A DNA stretch of 64,000 nt from a virus. The stretch lies in IMG/VR virus record IMGVR_UViG_3300045988_105290; one strand, given 5' to 3'. Both the position numbers and the translations under genes were made by a program. Under the pieces are notes generated by a model, which was not told where the DNA came from, did no database searches, and saw nothing but the letters and a program-made list of their open reading frames with translations. Shown piece by piece: positions 1-9,041 of the stretch; position 1 is the stretch's first letter, and the number at the start of each line of letters is the position of its first letter.

Positions 1-266
1 GATTCGGCGCAGGCCTTTATAACTGCCTTTTGCCCTTTCGGTAAAACAATATCCATTCTGTCATAAGTCTTTTTTACATACTTGCGAACGGCGGCTTGCT
101 GGGCCTTTGTGGTTTTTGCCTTCCGGGCTATATAAGCGTTGATGTTTTCGGCGGTTCCGTCGTCCATAGCTTCCGCGGCGGCAAGACTGGCCGCAGCTCC
201 CCGGGTGAGATTTTCGGCGGGCTGGGCGTCAATTTCTGCCAGTCGTGCGCGTAATGCTTCGTTCAT
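1..266 (-). CDS. Ribbon-helix-helix (Arc/CopG-like) putative antitoxin; C-terminus runs off the window
   Basis: ATG at 266 with AAAGGAG RBS; frame open to window edge. Translation MNEALRARLAEID...KTYDRMDIVLPKGQKAVIKACAES ends in a typical RHH strand-helix start. Lies 80 nt downstream of the RelE-like gene. Confidence 0.5.
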   Translation of the reverse strand, partial: MNEALRARLAEIDAQPAENLTRGAAASLAAAEAMDDGTAENINAYIARKAKTTKAQQAAVRKYVKKTYDRMDIVLPKGQKAVIKACAE

Positions 267-345
267 GTTATATGCTCCTTTCAATGCCTCAATACGATTG
301 GTTATGCTGCTTTTTCTGCTTCTTTATTCGGCTTCTGGTTCTGCT

Positions 346-600
346 TTAGTATATGTCTCCGCGTGTATTGATCTCTTTTACAGTAACGGTTTCTTTGTCC
401 GTGTCAATCTGGAAAATTGCCCGGTAATGATAGATTTTCAACCGGTACATGCGAGAGCCAGCACCCCGCAAGGGGACAATATCGCCGGAAAGGGTTGATA
501 ATCCGGCCACCGCCGCCGCTACCCGGCCCCGTTCAGGCTCCGGCAGCTTGTCTAAATATTTTTGCGGCTGCTTCTTGATGATAACCGTTAGTCCGTCCAC
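346..600 (-). CDS. RelE/ParE-family type II toxin
   Basis: 84 aa, GTG start after AAAGGAGG. C-terminal ...RMYRLKIYHYRAIFQIDTDKETVTVKEINTRGDIY is the usual RelE/ParE signature. Confidence 0.75.
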   Translation of the reverse strand: MDGLTVIIKKQPQKYLDKLPEPERGRVAAAVAGLSTLSGDIVPLRGAGSRMYRLKIYHYRAIFQIDTDKETVTVKEINTRGDIY

Positions 601-636
601 GTTTCCGCCTCCTTTACTGTTGATATTTTACCACCC

Positions 637-720
637 TATATATAATTCTGTAAATATACAATTTCAACAATATAATTACAGAAATATTGTTAATTGTGTA
701 TCTTGATATAATTACAGAAT
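637..720. promoter_or_regulatory. AT-rich divergent control region with three copies of ATATAATTACAGAA (one inverted)
   Basis: Copies at about 642-655 (inverted, TTCTGTAA), 671-689 and 706-720, directly upstream of the toxin start and of the plus-strand genes. Confidence 0.45.
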
Positions 721-806
721 TATATATAATAGAAGCATAAAGAACAGGACAACACCACGGAGGCCCACCGGGCCAGAGGGGCACCGCCCCGGAAAGGAAA
801 ATAGAT

Positions 807-995
807 ATGTTTACACCTGAAGAGTTTGAGACCCGCACCAGCTGGAAAATGAGCTATGCCGAATATGTCGCTTGCTGCTGTGAGCGCTGCACCCGCGAGA
901 ACTGCCCGCACCGCGACGCATTCCGGCGCGTCCCGCTTATTGATGGCGGGTTGGCGCTCTGTCCTAACCTGCGCGGCCTCGATACCAACCACTAA
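807..995 (+). CDS. Small Cys-rich hypothetical protein
   Basis: 62 aa, GGAAAGGAAA upstream of the ATG; CCCERC...C...C pattern. Confidence 0.45.
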   Translation: MFTPEEFETRTSWKMSYAEYVACCCERCTRENCPHRDAFRRVPLIDGGLALCPNLRGLDTNH

Positions 996-1061
996 GGCCG
1001 GGACACCGCCCCCCGCCGACCACCAACCACCACTGCGAACAGATTTTAGGAGGAACAGAAA

Positions 1062-1424
1062 ATGAAGAGAAATTATTTCGACCAGATCGCCGGAGCCGTG
1101 AAGCTCGATTCTCGCGTTTCCGTTTACGTCCCCAGCACCACCAACACCGACAAACCCACCGACAACCGCGCCCAGGTCGAGAAGGTCGCCGCGAAACTGT
1201 CCGCCATGTTTGGCGGAGCAACCGCCACCGATGCGCGCGGCTACTGGTGCAGCCAGTCCGCCGGCCTCGTTGGCGAGGGCGTGACGATCGTTTACAGCGC
1301 CGCCACGCCGGAAGCTGTACAGGAGCACGCCGCCGAAGTCGTCGAGCTTTGCCAGCAGATCAAAGAGGACATGCAGCAAGAGGGAGTAATCCTCGATGTT
1401 GACGGCACGCTATACATCATCTAA
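1062..1424 (+). CDS. Hypothetical protein
   Basis: 120 aa, AGGAGG RBS 7 nt upstream, followed by an intrinsic terminator. Confidence 0.7.
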   Translation: MKRNYFDQIAGAVKLDSRVSVYVPSTTNTDKPTDNRAQVEKVAAKLSAMFGGATATDARGYWCSQSAGLVGEGVTIVYSAATPEAVQEHAAEVVELCQQIKEDMQQEGVILDVDGTLYII

Positions 1425-1454
1425 CCCAACCACAATACCATAAACCACCGCCAC

Positions 1455-1485
1455 AGCCCGCAGGGAACGCCCAGCGGGCTTTTTC
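1455..1485 (+). terminator. Rho-independent terminator
   Basis: AGCCCGC / GCGGGCT stem followed by TTTT. Confidence 0.6.
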
Positions 1486-1667
1486 CATGCCTTGGTGTAT
1501 CCGAGTGCCAAGAAAACCCCTGAGGCTGTACGCGCGCGCGTTTATCCCGCGCCCGTTTTCAGTACACTATCTTTAAACAATATCTTATTTATTATCAAAA
1601 CGAGCAAAAAAGCGGGGAGGGGTGGAAGAGTCGCCGAACCCGGCTTGTTCATGGGTGAGAGCGGCGA

Positions 1668-1685
1668 ACTGTTGCAAATGCAACA
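1668..1685. repeat. Copy 1 of ACTGTTGCAAATGCAACA (contains palindrome TTGCA-AA-TGCAA)
   Basis: Exact 18-nt direct repeat of 1818-1835, exactly 150 bp apart, in a 900-bp non-coding stretch. Confidence 0.6.
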
Positions 1686-1817
1686 CATCGAGCGAAGCGA
1701 GCGGAACGGCAGAAAGGTTAACTGCGATTGATAGTCAACAAGTGTTTACTATCTAACTTCGGCGATCAAACGACAAGACAGGTGTCTTGATACCTCTGTT
1801 GTGCAGGTTGACGAACG

Positions 1818-1835
1818 ACTGTTGCAAATGCAACA
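1818..1835. repeat. Copy 2 of ACTGTTGCAAATGCAACA
   Basis: Exact repeat of 1668-1685. Confidence 0.6.
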
Positions 1836-1880
1836 AAAAATGGTGCTAACTGTTGTGCTTATTATAAATAAGTGAAACAG

Positions 1881-1900
1881 TTGGCGTCTTTTGGCGTCTT
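1881..1900. repeat. Tandem 10-mer TTGGCGTCTT x2
   Basis: Read directly from the sequence. Confidence 0.6.
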
Positions 1901-1962
1901 TCTGCGAACCCTTGCGGCCTCGCCCGGGTCTGCTGGGCGGGTGCGATCGTCTCCGGCTGGGC

Positions 1963-1973
1963 GGGGGGGGGGG
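1963..1973. repeat. Intergenic poly-G tract (G11)
   Basis: Homopolymer read directly; no ORF covers it convincingly. Confidence 0.7.
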
Positions 1974-2334
1974 TTTACGATTCGAACCGACTTTCTCAGG
2001 CGCACAAGCCCCATAACTCTCCCTCCCCCACACACGTTCACCGCATTATGGGTGGGTGGTTTTGAAAGCGGGATGAAAAATCCAAAAAACCAAAAAGGTC
2101 TTCCAAAAAAATTTTATAAAATCGCTTCGCGTGTGATGTCTCTATTTTAGAAATTTTGCGCGGGCGCTTCGCGCCGTAGTGTCCGGTGACGTGCAGGGGA
2201 GGCAGTAAGGACAAAGCAAGGATTCTGATGGGAGTTAAAGCACGGGTACGCAGGCGGTGCAGAGGCGGCAAAAATTCGTTTGGAGGGAGTCTATACAATG
2301 AAATCAGACAACCAATAGAACGGAGTTGAGCAAG

Positions 2335-2703
2335 ATGTTCACAAAAGAACAACAGAAAACCATGCTTCATCGCGCGGCCAGATCGTCAAACATGGATGGC
2401 CACATCGTCGCCACACCTCCCGCAACGATGGCAGAGCACGCTATGACACGTTTCGGAGTGAAGGCGAGCGCACCACGAAAAAACAGTTATCTCTACTGTG
2501 ACAGCGTGGATGCCTGTTTCTTCTATGGCCCAACAGGCGCGCCGACGGTGACTTTCACTGCGCGGTGGACTTACGGGGCAAAGGATATTGACAAACTCGG
2601 CGAGACGGCGGAGCTGATTAAGACCATGCTCTATAATATGACCGTTGAGTCGGTCCTTGAAAATCTCACCGCCGATAGCGGAGGGGGTTTGGAAGATGGA
2701 TAG
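2335..2703 (+). CDS. Hypothetical protein
   Basis: 122 aa from the ATG 9 nt after CGGAG; the ORF track starts 9 nt earlier at a TTG. Confidence 0.6.
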   Translation: MFTKEQQKTMLHRAARSSNMDGHIVATPPATMAEHAMTRFGVKASAPRKNSYLYCDSVDACFFYGPTGAPTVTFTARWTYGAKDIDKLGETAELIKTMLYNMTVESVLENLTADSGGGLEDG

Positions 2704-2733
2704 AAACGCATTTGAAAATGGAGGCCGGTAGAC

Positions 2734-2949
2734 ATGGCATATACGCGGAAATACAGGCAGGGGGCGCAGGTCAAGAGCATTGAGGACTTTCTGCATTCCC
2801 CGGAGACACAGTATTTTTTCTGGCATGGGAGGACGATTCATAAGCAAGTCTTTATGCACTGGCAGCTTGATATGCTTATCAGGGAAATCGGTTGCAGACA
2901 TCTTTATTTTGCGGATAAGAACGTTCCGGCTGATGGAGATGCGGAATGA
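2734..2949 (+). CDS. Hypothetical protein
   Basis: 71 aa, GGAGG RBS. Confidence 0.6.
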   Translation: MAYTRKYRQGAQVKSIEDFLHSPETQYFFWHGRTIHKQVFMHWQLDMLIREIGCRHLYFADKNVPADGDAE

Positions 2950-3242
2950 GCTGCTATGGGTGTGTCTGCAACAACTGTCTCTACAACTGCGAGTTATTCA
3001 GCACATACTTCACGCCGGGAGAGATCAAGGACGTGGAGGCCGTCTGCTATTGCTGTGATGAGTGCAAGCGGTTCGATGGGGACTATACGAAGCGGAGCCA
3101 GTGGCGAAAATCGTGTGAAAAATTTCGCCTATCGGCGAAGTATAAAGCGCAGAAAGAGGATGTGGAACAGAAGAGGTCTCGCGTAGCTGTCATGCGCCGG
3201 GAAGCGTTTACTGTGATCGAAGGAGGGAAAAGGGATGGATAG
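2946..3242 (+). CDS. Cys-rich hypothetical protein
   Basis: 98 aa, ATGA overlap with the previous gene; CxxC / CYCCDEC motifs. Confidence 0.6.
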   Translation: MSCYGCVCNNCLYNCELFSTYFTPGEIKDVEAVCYCCDECKRFDGDYTKRSQWRKSCEKFRLSAKYKAQKEDVEQKRSRVAVMRREAFTVIEGGKRDG

Positions 3243-3840
3243 TTTGCAGGCGAGCCGCATTTCGGGCGGCAACAGCGCAAGAGGGCGCAGACAGTCCGAT
3301 CTATATCCCACGCCGCCGGAGGTGACGGTCGCCCTTCTTCAAGTTCTGAAGCTGCCAAAGAATACGACCATTTGGGAACCGGCGGTGGGCGAGGGGGATA
3401 TGCTGGAAGCGATCAGAGCGTGCGGCTACGGCAGCTCATTTGGAACGGACATATCCGAAGGGTTCGACTTTTTAAGCCATGATATTTTCACAAGGCTTCT
3501 CACGGGCTTCGACTGGATCATTACGAATCCGCCGTTTTCACTGGCGGAGGATTTTATTCGCCGCGCAGCAAAAACCGAGAAGCCCTTTGCGATGCTGCTC
3601 AAGTCACAGTATTGGCACGCGGCGAAGAGAATGGCGCTTTTTGAAGAGATCCCGCCGAGCTACATACTTCCCCTGACGTGGAGACCGGATTTCTTTTTCA
3701 AGGAGCGAGGGGGCGGCGATAGCGGCAGTCCCCTGATGGATGTGATGTGGTGCGTCTGGATCACGCCGTGGATGAGAAACACACAAACGATCTACCGTCC
3801 TCTGCCGCGCCCACCGAGGGACGAGGGGGAGAGAAAATGA
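3235..3840 (+). CDS. N6-adenine DNA methyltransferase (orphan, small)
   Basis: 201 aa. SAM-binding motif IWEPAVGEGDM followed by catalytic IITNPPF (NPPF motif IV). Confidence 0.8.
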   Translation: MDSLQASRISGGNSARGRRQSDLYPTPPEVTVALLQVLKLPKNTTIWEPAVGEGDMLEAIRACGYGSSFGTDISEGFDFLSHDIFTRLLTGFDWIITNPPFSLAEDFIRRAAKTEKPFAMLLKSQYWHAAKRMALFEEIPPSYILPLTWRPDFFFKERGGGDSGSPLMDVMWCVWITPWMRNTQTIYRPLPRPPRDEGERK

Positions 3841-4262
3841 AACGAATCTTCATCACCATGGCAGCGGTTACGGTGCTGCTGGTCGGCTGCTCGCAGACGC
3901 ATTATCCGTACTTGAGATATAAAAACAGCGATGCTGACGGCGACAGCAAAGATCGGTGGATCGAGGTTCCAGACGGACATGAGCTTAGCGAAGGGCATTC
4001 GTGTGACATCGTTGAAACCGATCAGGGTATGACCTGGTTTTGCATTTTGCGAGAACGGAGGTTGACTATGAGCTTTGAACACTGCCACTTCTGCCTGCCG
4101 CCGACGCGGTATCCCGGCTGTCAAGACCATTGCCCGCACTACGCGGCAGATATCGCAAAGCACCGAGCTGTCCGGAAGAAAGAGCAGCGGGAAGCGCAGG
4201 AGAAAGACGGCTATCTGAGCGCGCGGCATTTCAAAACGCGCCGCTATCAACGACTGAAATGA
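3837..4262 (+). CDS. Putative lipoprotein with Cys/His-rich basic C-terminal region
   Basis: ATGA overlap with the methyltransferase. MKRIFITMAAVTVLLVGC is a lipobox signal. C-terminal HCHFC...C..HC plus a K/R-rich tail. Confidence 0.6.
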   Translation: MKRIFITMAAVTVLLVGCSQTHYPYLRYKNSDADGDSKDRWIEVPDGHELSEGHSCDIVETDQGMTWFCILRERRLTMSFEHCHFCLPPTRYPGCQDHCPHYAADIAKHRAVRKKEQREAQEKDGYLSARHFKTRRYQRLK

Positions 4263-4275
4263 GGGAGCGAAAAAG

Positions 4276-4707
4276 ATGAATGCAAAAGACACTGCGGAGC
4301 GAATCCGTGGGCTGAGAACTGCTATTGGCATGAGTCAAGCGAGTTTTGCCAGCATGTGCGGGCTTGAGCAGGGCCAGCTGAGCAACTACGAGCTTGGGCG
4401 TATCATGCCGACTATCCCGCTGTGCGAGCGGATCTGCCGCGCCGTCGGCATCAACCTGCTCGACTTTTTGCGGGAGGATGACAAGGGGAAAAGCGGAATC
4501 CCGACCGAGAAACGCATTGGCGAGAGGGTGAAAGCCATGCGTCTAATGAGAGGGATGAACCAGACAGAACTTGCGGAAAAGTCAGGCGTCGCAGACAGCA
4601 CAATCTCGTCCATCGAGCGCGGCGAGCGATACGGTATAGTCACGACGTATCTCTATCTCGCCGAAGCGCTGGACGTGTCCATTGGGGCACTGTTAGGAGG
4701 GGAATGA
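4276..4707 (+). CDS. Tandem XRE-family helix-turn-helix protein
   Basis: 143 aa with two HTH_XRE repeats (IRGLRTAIGMSQASFA... and VKAMRLMRGMNQTELAEKSG...). Confidence 0.8.
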   Translation: MNAKDTAERIRGLRTAIGMSQASFASMCGLEQGQLSNYELGRIMPTIPLCERICRAVGINLLDFLREDDKGKSGIPTEKRIGERVKAMRLMRGMNQTELAEKSGVADSTISSIERGERYGIVTTYLYLAEALDVSIGALLGGE

Positions 4708-4708
4708 C

Positions 4709-4954
4709 ATGAGCCGATTTGTTATGAGCAAGACGCCGTGGGAGCGCTGCCCGTATCCGGGCCTCAAAGCGGCGCTGGAAAAGACGGGCTACAACCAGAC
4801 CACACTTGCCGAAGCGACCGGCATTTCGGTGACCACCGTGAGCCGCTACGTCAAGGGCGACGTGGACGCGACCGTGCGGGCGTTCCTTGCGCTGGAGGAT
4901 TTGACCGGCAAATCGTTCCGCGAGCTGTTCGGGGAATGCGAGGGGAGAAGATGA
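4709..4954 (+). CDS. Small HTH DNA-binding protein
   Basis: 81 aa; GYNQTTLAEATGISVTTVSRYVKG helix-turn-helix. Confidence 0.65.
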   Translation: MSRFVMSKTPWERCPYPGLKAALEKTGYNQTTLAEATGISVTTVSRYVKGDVDATVRAFLALEDLTGKSFRELFGECEGRR

Positions 4955-5646
4955 AAGTTTTGGTTGCCTGTGAGGAATCGCAGGAAGTCTGCAAGGCGTT
5001 CCGTGCGCTTGGGCATGAGGCGTATTCCTGCGACATACAGGAGCCGTCCGGCGGACACCCTGAGTGGCATATCCTTGGCGACGCGCTGGAGGCCATTAAG
5101 GGTGGCTCCATTACCACGATGGATGGGGCGGCACATGATATAGGGAAATGGGATTTGCTGATTGCGCATCCCCCGTGCACATACCTTACCGTTACAGGGA
5201 ACCGCTGGTTTAATACGGAAAGATATGGTGAAAAGGCGGTCAGACGGTTGCAGTTGCGGGAAGACGCTGCGGAGATTTTTCTGGCCTTTGTAAATGCCAA
5301 CGTTTGTAAAATTGCGGTAGAAAATCCGGTCGGATATATGTCTACACACTATCGTAAGCCTGATTGTATTATCCAGCCGTATGAATTCGGGCACCACGCA
5401 AGGAAAAAGACTTGCCTATGGCTAAAAGGCTTATCCGCTTTGCGACCGACAAACATTGTAGATGCAGGAGATATTTTGCCAGGTGGATACAGTGTGGGGG
5501 CAAGCGCAAACTATGCAAAAGACGAGACTGGTAAGATTATGCGATGGAATGACCCGCGCACGGCAAAAGCAAGAAGCAAGACCTTCCTCGGCATCGCCAA
5601 AGCTATGGCGGAACAGTGGGGCGGAGACGTTAGGGAGGAAGCGTGA
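4951..5646 (+). CDS. Putative C5-cytosine DNA methyltransferase-like protein
   Basis: 231 aa from an internal ATG (ATGA overlap with the previous gene). IAHPPCTYLT (PPC catalytic Cys motif) and VENPVG (ENV-like motif). Confidence 0.65.
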   Translation: MKVLVACEESQEVCKAFRALGHEAYSCDIQEPSGGHPEWHILGDALEAIKGGSITTMDGAAHDIGKWDLLIAHPPCTYLTVTGNRWFNTERYGEKAVRRLQLREDAAEIFLAFVNANVCKIAVENPVGYMSTHYRKPDCIIQPYEFGHHARKKTCLWLKGLSALRPTNIVDAGDILPGGYSVGASANYAKDETGKIMRWNDPRTAKARSKTFLGIAKAMAEQWGGDVREEA

Positions 5647-6143
5647 TGACAAAGAAAATTCTTGACGTGACCTGCGGGAGCAGAACGATTTGGTTCAACA
5701 AGAACCACCCGGCCGCGATATACTGCGACGTGCGGGATGAGGAATGCACAGGGGTATGGAAGAGTACCAACAGAGATTCAGAACGAACCTGCATCGTGCA
5801 TCCTGACGTGCTGTGCGACTTCACAGATCTGCCGTTCCCCGATAATTCTTTTGCGCTGGTCGTATTCGACCCGCCGCACCTTCGGCGCGTCGGCGAAAAT
5901 GCGTGGATGCGGAAGAAGTACGGGCAGCTCGGCGATAATTGGCGCGAAATGCTGCATGACGGATTCCGCGAGTGTATGCGCGTATTAAAACCGGATGGCG
6001 TGCTGATTTTCAAGTGGGCAGAAACGCAAATCCCTGCCGCAGATGTTTGGGCGGCAATCGGAGAACGACCCCTTTTTGGGCATCATAGCGGCAAAAAATC
6101 ACAGACCTTTTGGGGCTGCTTTATGAAGTTGGAGGACACATGA
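5643..6143 (+). CDS. SAM-dependent (N6-A/N4-C type) DNA methyltransferase
   Basis: 166 aa; ILDVTCGSR SAM motif and VVFDPPHL (DPPY-type) motif; overlaps the previous gene by 4 nt. Confidence 0.7.
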   Translation: MMTKKILDVTCGSRTIWFNKNHPAAIYCDVRDEECTGVWKSTNRDSERTCIVHPDVLCDFTDLPFPDNSFALVVFDPPHLRRVGENAWMRKKYGQLGDNWREMLHDGFRECMRVLKPDGVLIFKWAETQIPAADVWAAIGERPLFGHHSGKKSQTFWGCFMKLEDT

Positions 6144-7069
6144 ACATCGGCCTGATTGATGTGGATGTCCACAATTTCCCAAATTTAGCCTTAATGAGAA
6201 TATCCTCATATCACAAATCGCGTGGAGACACGGTTGAATGGTGGTGGGGGTGGGGGCACTATGACATCGTCTACATGAGCAAAATATTTTCGGACGCCTA
6301 TACACCGGACGTAGACGAGCCAATGAATGCAGATAAGATCGTCAAAGGCGGGACTGGATACGCGATCAGCCTTGTAAACGGTGTTGAGGTTTACGACAAG
6401 AGCAAAGACACAGAGTTTCCGCCCGAGATCGAAAAATGCTTCCCGGACTATAGCATTTATCCGCAGTATCAATATGCCGTCAGTATGACGAGCCGCGGGT
6501 GCCCGAGAGGGTGCGCGTTCTGCCACGTCGCTGCAAAGGAGGGGCGATGCTCGACTAAAGTTGCTGATGTTAAAGATTTTTGGAACGGGCAAAAGGAAAT
6601 TAAGGTGCTCGATCCTAATATTACCGCTTGCAAAGAAAAGCGGGACTTGATGCGGCAATACTTAGAGACCGGAGCAAAGATTGACTTTACGCAAGGGCTT
6701 GACATCCGGTGCATTAACGATGCGGATATTGAAGACCTGAACCAGATGCGGCTTGAAAATGTGCATTTTGCTTGGGATAACCCGAAAGACAATCTTGCAA
6801 AAAAGTTTGAAAACTATGCGAAGAAAGCAAAACACAAACCGCATGGAAGTTTTGGATGCGTATATATCTTAACCAATTTCAACAGCTCGATGGAAGAGAA
6901 TCTGATGAGGATATATACGCTGCGGGATTTGGGTTTCGATCCAGACGTGAGAATTTATGATAAACCGCACGCCCCGCAAGAGATTAAGCGTTTGCAGCGA
7001 TGGTGCAATAATCGACGGATTTTCAAGAGTGAGCCGGATTTTTACAAATACAATCCGAGCCATAAATAG
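6140..7069 (+). CDS. Radical SAM protein with N-terminal Rossmann/B12-binding-like region
   Basis: 309 aa from an ATG overlapping the upstream stop, GGAGG RBS. CPRGCAFC is the CxxxCxxC cluster motif. Confidence 0.8.
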   Translation: MNIGLIDVDVHNFPNLALMRISSYHKSRGDTVEWWWGWGHYDIVYMSKIFSDAYTPDVDEPMNADKIVKGGTGYAISLVNGVEVYDKSKDTEFPPEIEKCFPDYSIYPQYQYAVSMTSRGCPRGCAFCHVAAKEGRCSTKVADVKDFWNGQKEIKVLDPNITACKEKRDLMRQYLETGAKIDFTQGLDIRCINDADIEDLNQMRLENVHFAWDNPKDNLAKKFENYAKKAKHKPHGSFGCVYILTNFNSSMEENLMRIYTLRDLGFDPDVRIYDKPHAPQEIKRLQRWCNNRRIFKSEPDFYKYNPSHK

Positions 7070-7081
7070 GGAGGCTTGATT

Positions 7082-7267
7082 ATGTACATCGGCGAACCAT
7101 TTAGCTGGAAGCCTGCCGCATTTCAGGGCAGCGCCGGCATCCTGAGCGTTACCACGAAAGAGACGACTGCGCACGGGCGCGTCGTCTACATCAACGAGTG
7201 CCACCGTTACTTTACGGCGGAGGCAATGGCAAACGGGATCAAGCTCAGAGAGAGCTTCAAATTTTAA
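7082..7267 (+). CDS. Hypothetical protein
   Basis: 61 aa, GGGAGG RBS 7 nt upstream. Confidence 0.5.
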   Translation: MYIGEPFSWKPAAFQGSAGILSVTTKETTAHGRVVYINECHRYFTAEAMANGIKLRESFKF

Positions 7268-7290
7268 CAAAAATCAGGAGGAATTTTATC

Positions 7291-7574
7291 ATGAACAATC
7301 AGGACTATATCGTTCGCTGCGACCGCGCAGGCGTATTTTTCGGCAAGATCAAGGAACGTAACGGTTTGGAGGTAACCATGACCGATGTGCGTAAGCTGTG
7401 GAGTTGGGACGGCGCGTGCGCCGTGGAGCAGTTGGCGCAGGACGGGACGAAAGAGCCGGGCAACTGCCGCTTTACCGTGACGATTCCGGAAATGACCGTG
7501 CTGGGAGCAATCCAGATTATCCCGTGCACAGACACGGCATCTGCGTCTCTTCGAGATGTAAAGGAGTGGAAGAG

Positions 7575-7578
<4 letters not shown>
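7291..7578 (+). CDS. Hypothetical phage protein
   Basis: 95 aa, AGGAGG RBS. Confidence 0.65.
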
Positions 7579-8317
<739 letters not shown>

Positions 8318-8318
<1 letters not shown>

Positions 8319-8773
8319 TGGAACGACTGACATTTGATGGGAACTTCTGCGACATCGCCCAATGCTGGGAGCTTCCGTGCCCGCATAACGGCGCGTGCTC
8401 CCAGCGGAAGGTTTGGGAGAGGCTGAAAGCCTACGAGGATACGGGGCTGACGCCGGAGGAGATCAAGTCGATGAAAGATGAGCACTTTAGCGGTCTGGAA
8501 ATGGCAAAATTGCACAGCGCTCTTGTGGAACTCAAAAAATATCAAGAAGCCGACAGAGACGGGCGGCTGGTGGTGCTGCCGTGCAAGGTGGGCGATACGG
8601 TGTACCGGCTATTTGTGGGGAATCCCGATAACCCTGTGATTGCAACGCTCAAAATAAACACCGTGACCGAAGCGGTAAAGCTTATTGGCAAAATGGGGAT
8701 GCACAAATACATCGGGACATTCCTAACCCGCGAGGAGGCGGAAGCGGCATTGGAGGCGATGAAGGATGAGTAA
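8318..8773 (+). CDS. Hypothetical phage protein
   Basis: 151 aa; start overlaps the upstream stop (GTGATG). Confidence 0.65.
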
Positions 8774-9041
8774 AGCTGTTATGCTGAGCATCCGCCCAAA
8801 GTGGTGCGAAAAGATCGTCAGCGGCGAAAAGACGATTGAGGTGCGCAAGACGCGGCCAAAGTTGAACACGCCGTTTAAGTGCTATATCTACTGCACGCTG
8901 CCAAAATATCCGCACGAGGACTTCATTGCGACGGACTATCCAAGGCAACAATTTTACGGCGACTGCAAGGTCGTGAGCATCGTATCAGACCGGCAGAAGC
9001 CGGAACAAATGAGAATGAAGGGAGTAGCCAATGAGCATTAA
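8766..9041 (+). CDS. ASCH-domain protein, apparently shortened
   Basis: 91 aa. N-terminus MLSIRPKWCEKIVSGEKTIEVRKT is ASCH-like, but the C-terminal part is short and diverges. Confidence 0.55.
   Translation: MSKAVMLSIRPKWCEKIVSGEKTIEVRKTRPKLNTPFKCYIYCTLPKYPHEDFIATDYPRQQFYGDCKVVSIVSDRQKPEQMRMKGVANEH

Noticed and set aside
1975-2000. GTCGGTTCGAATC on the minus strand, resembling a tRNA T-loop
   Set aside because: The 3' side of the T stem, the acceptor and all other arms are absent. It is probably chance or a very old remnant.
4738-4950. N-terminal extension of the cytosine-methyltransferase ORF (302-aa version); similar upstream extensions of 6110, 7198, 7398, 3747 and 15580
   Set aside because: The extensions overlap the preceding genes in another frame and are Arg/Gly-rich. 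Internal ATGs with ATGA coupling or good RBSs give sensible N-termini.
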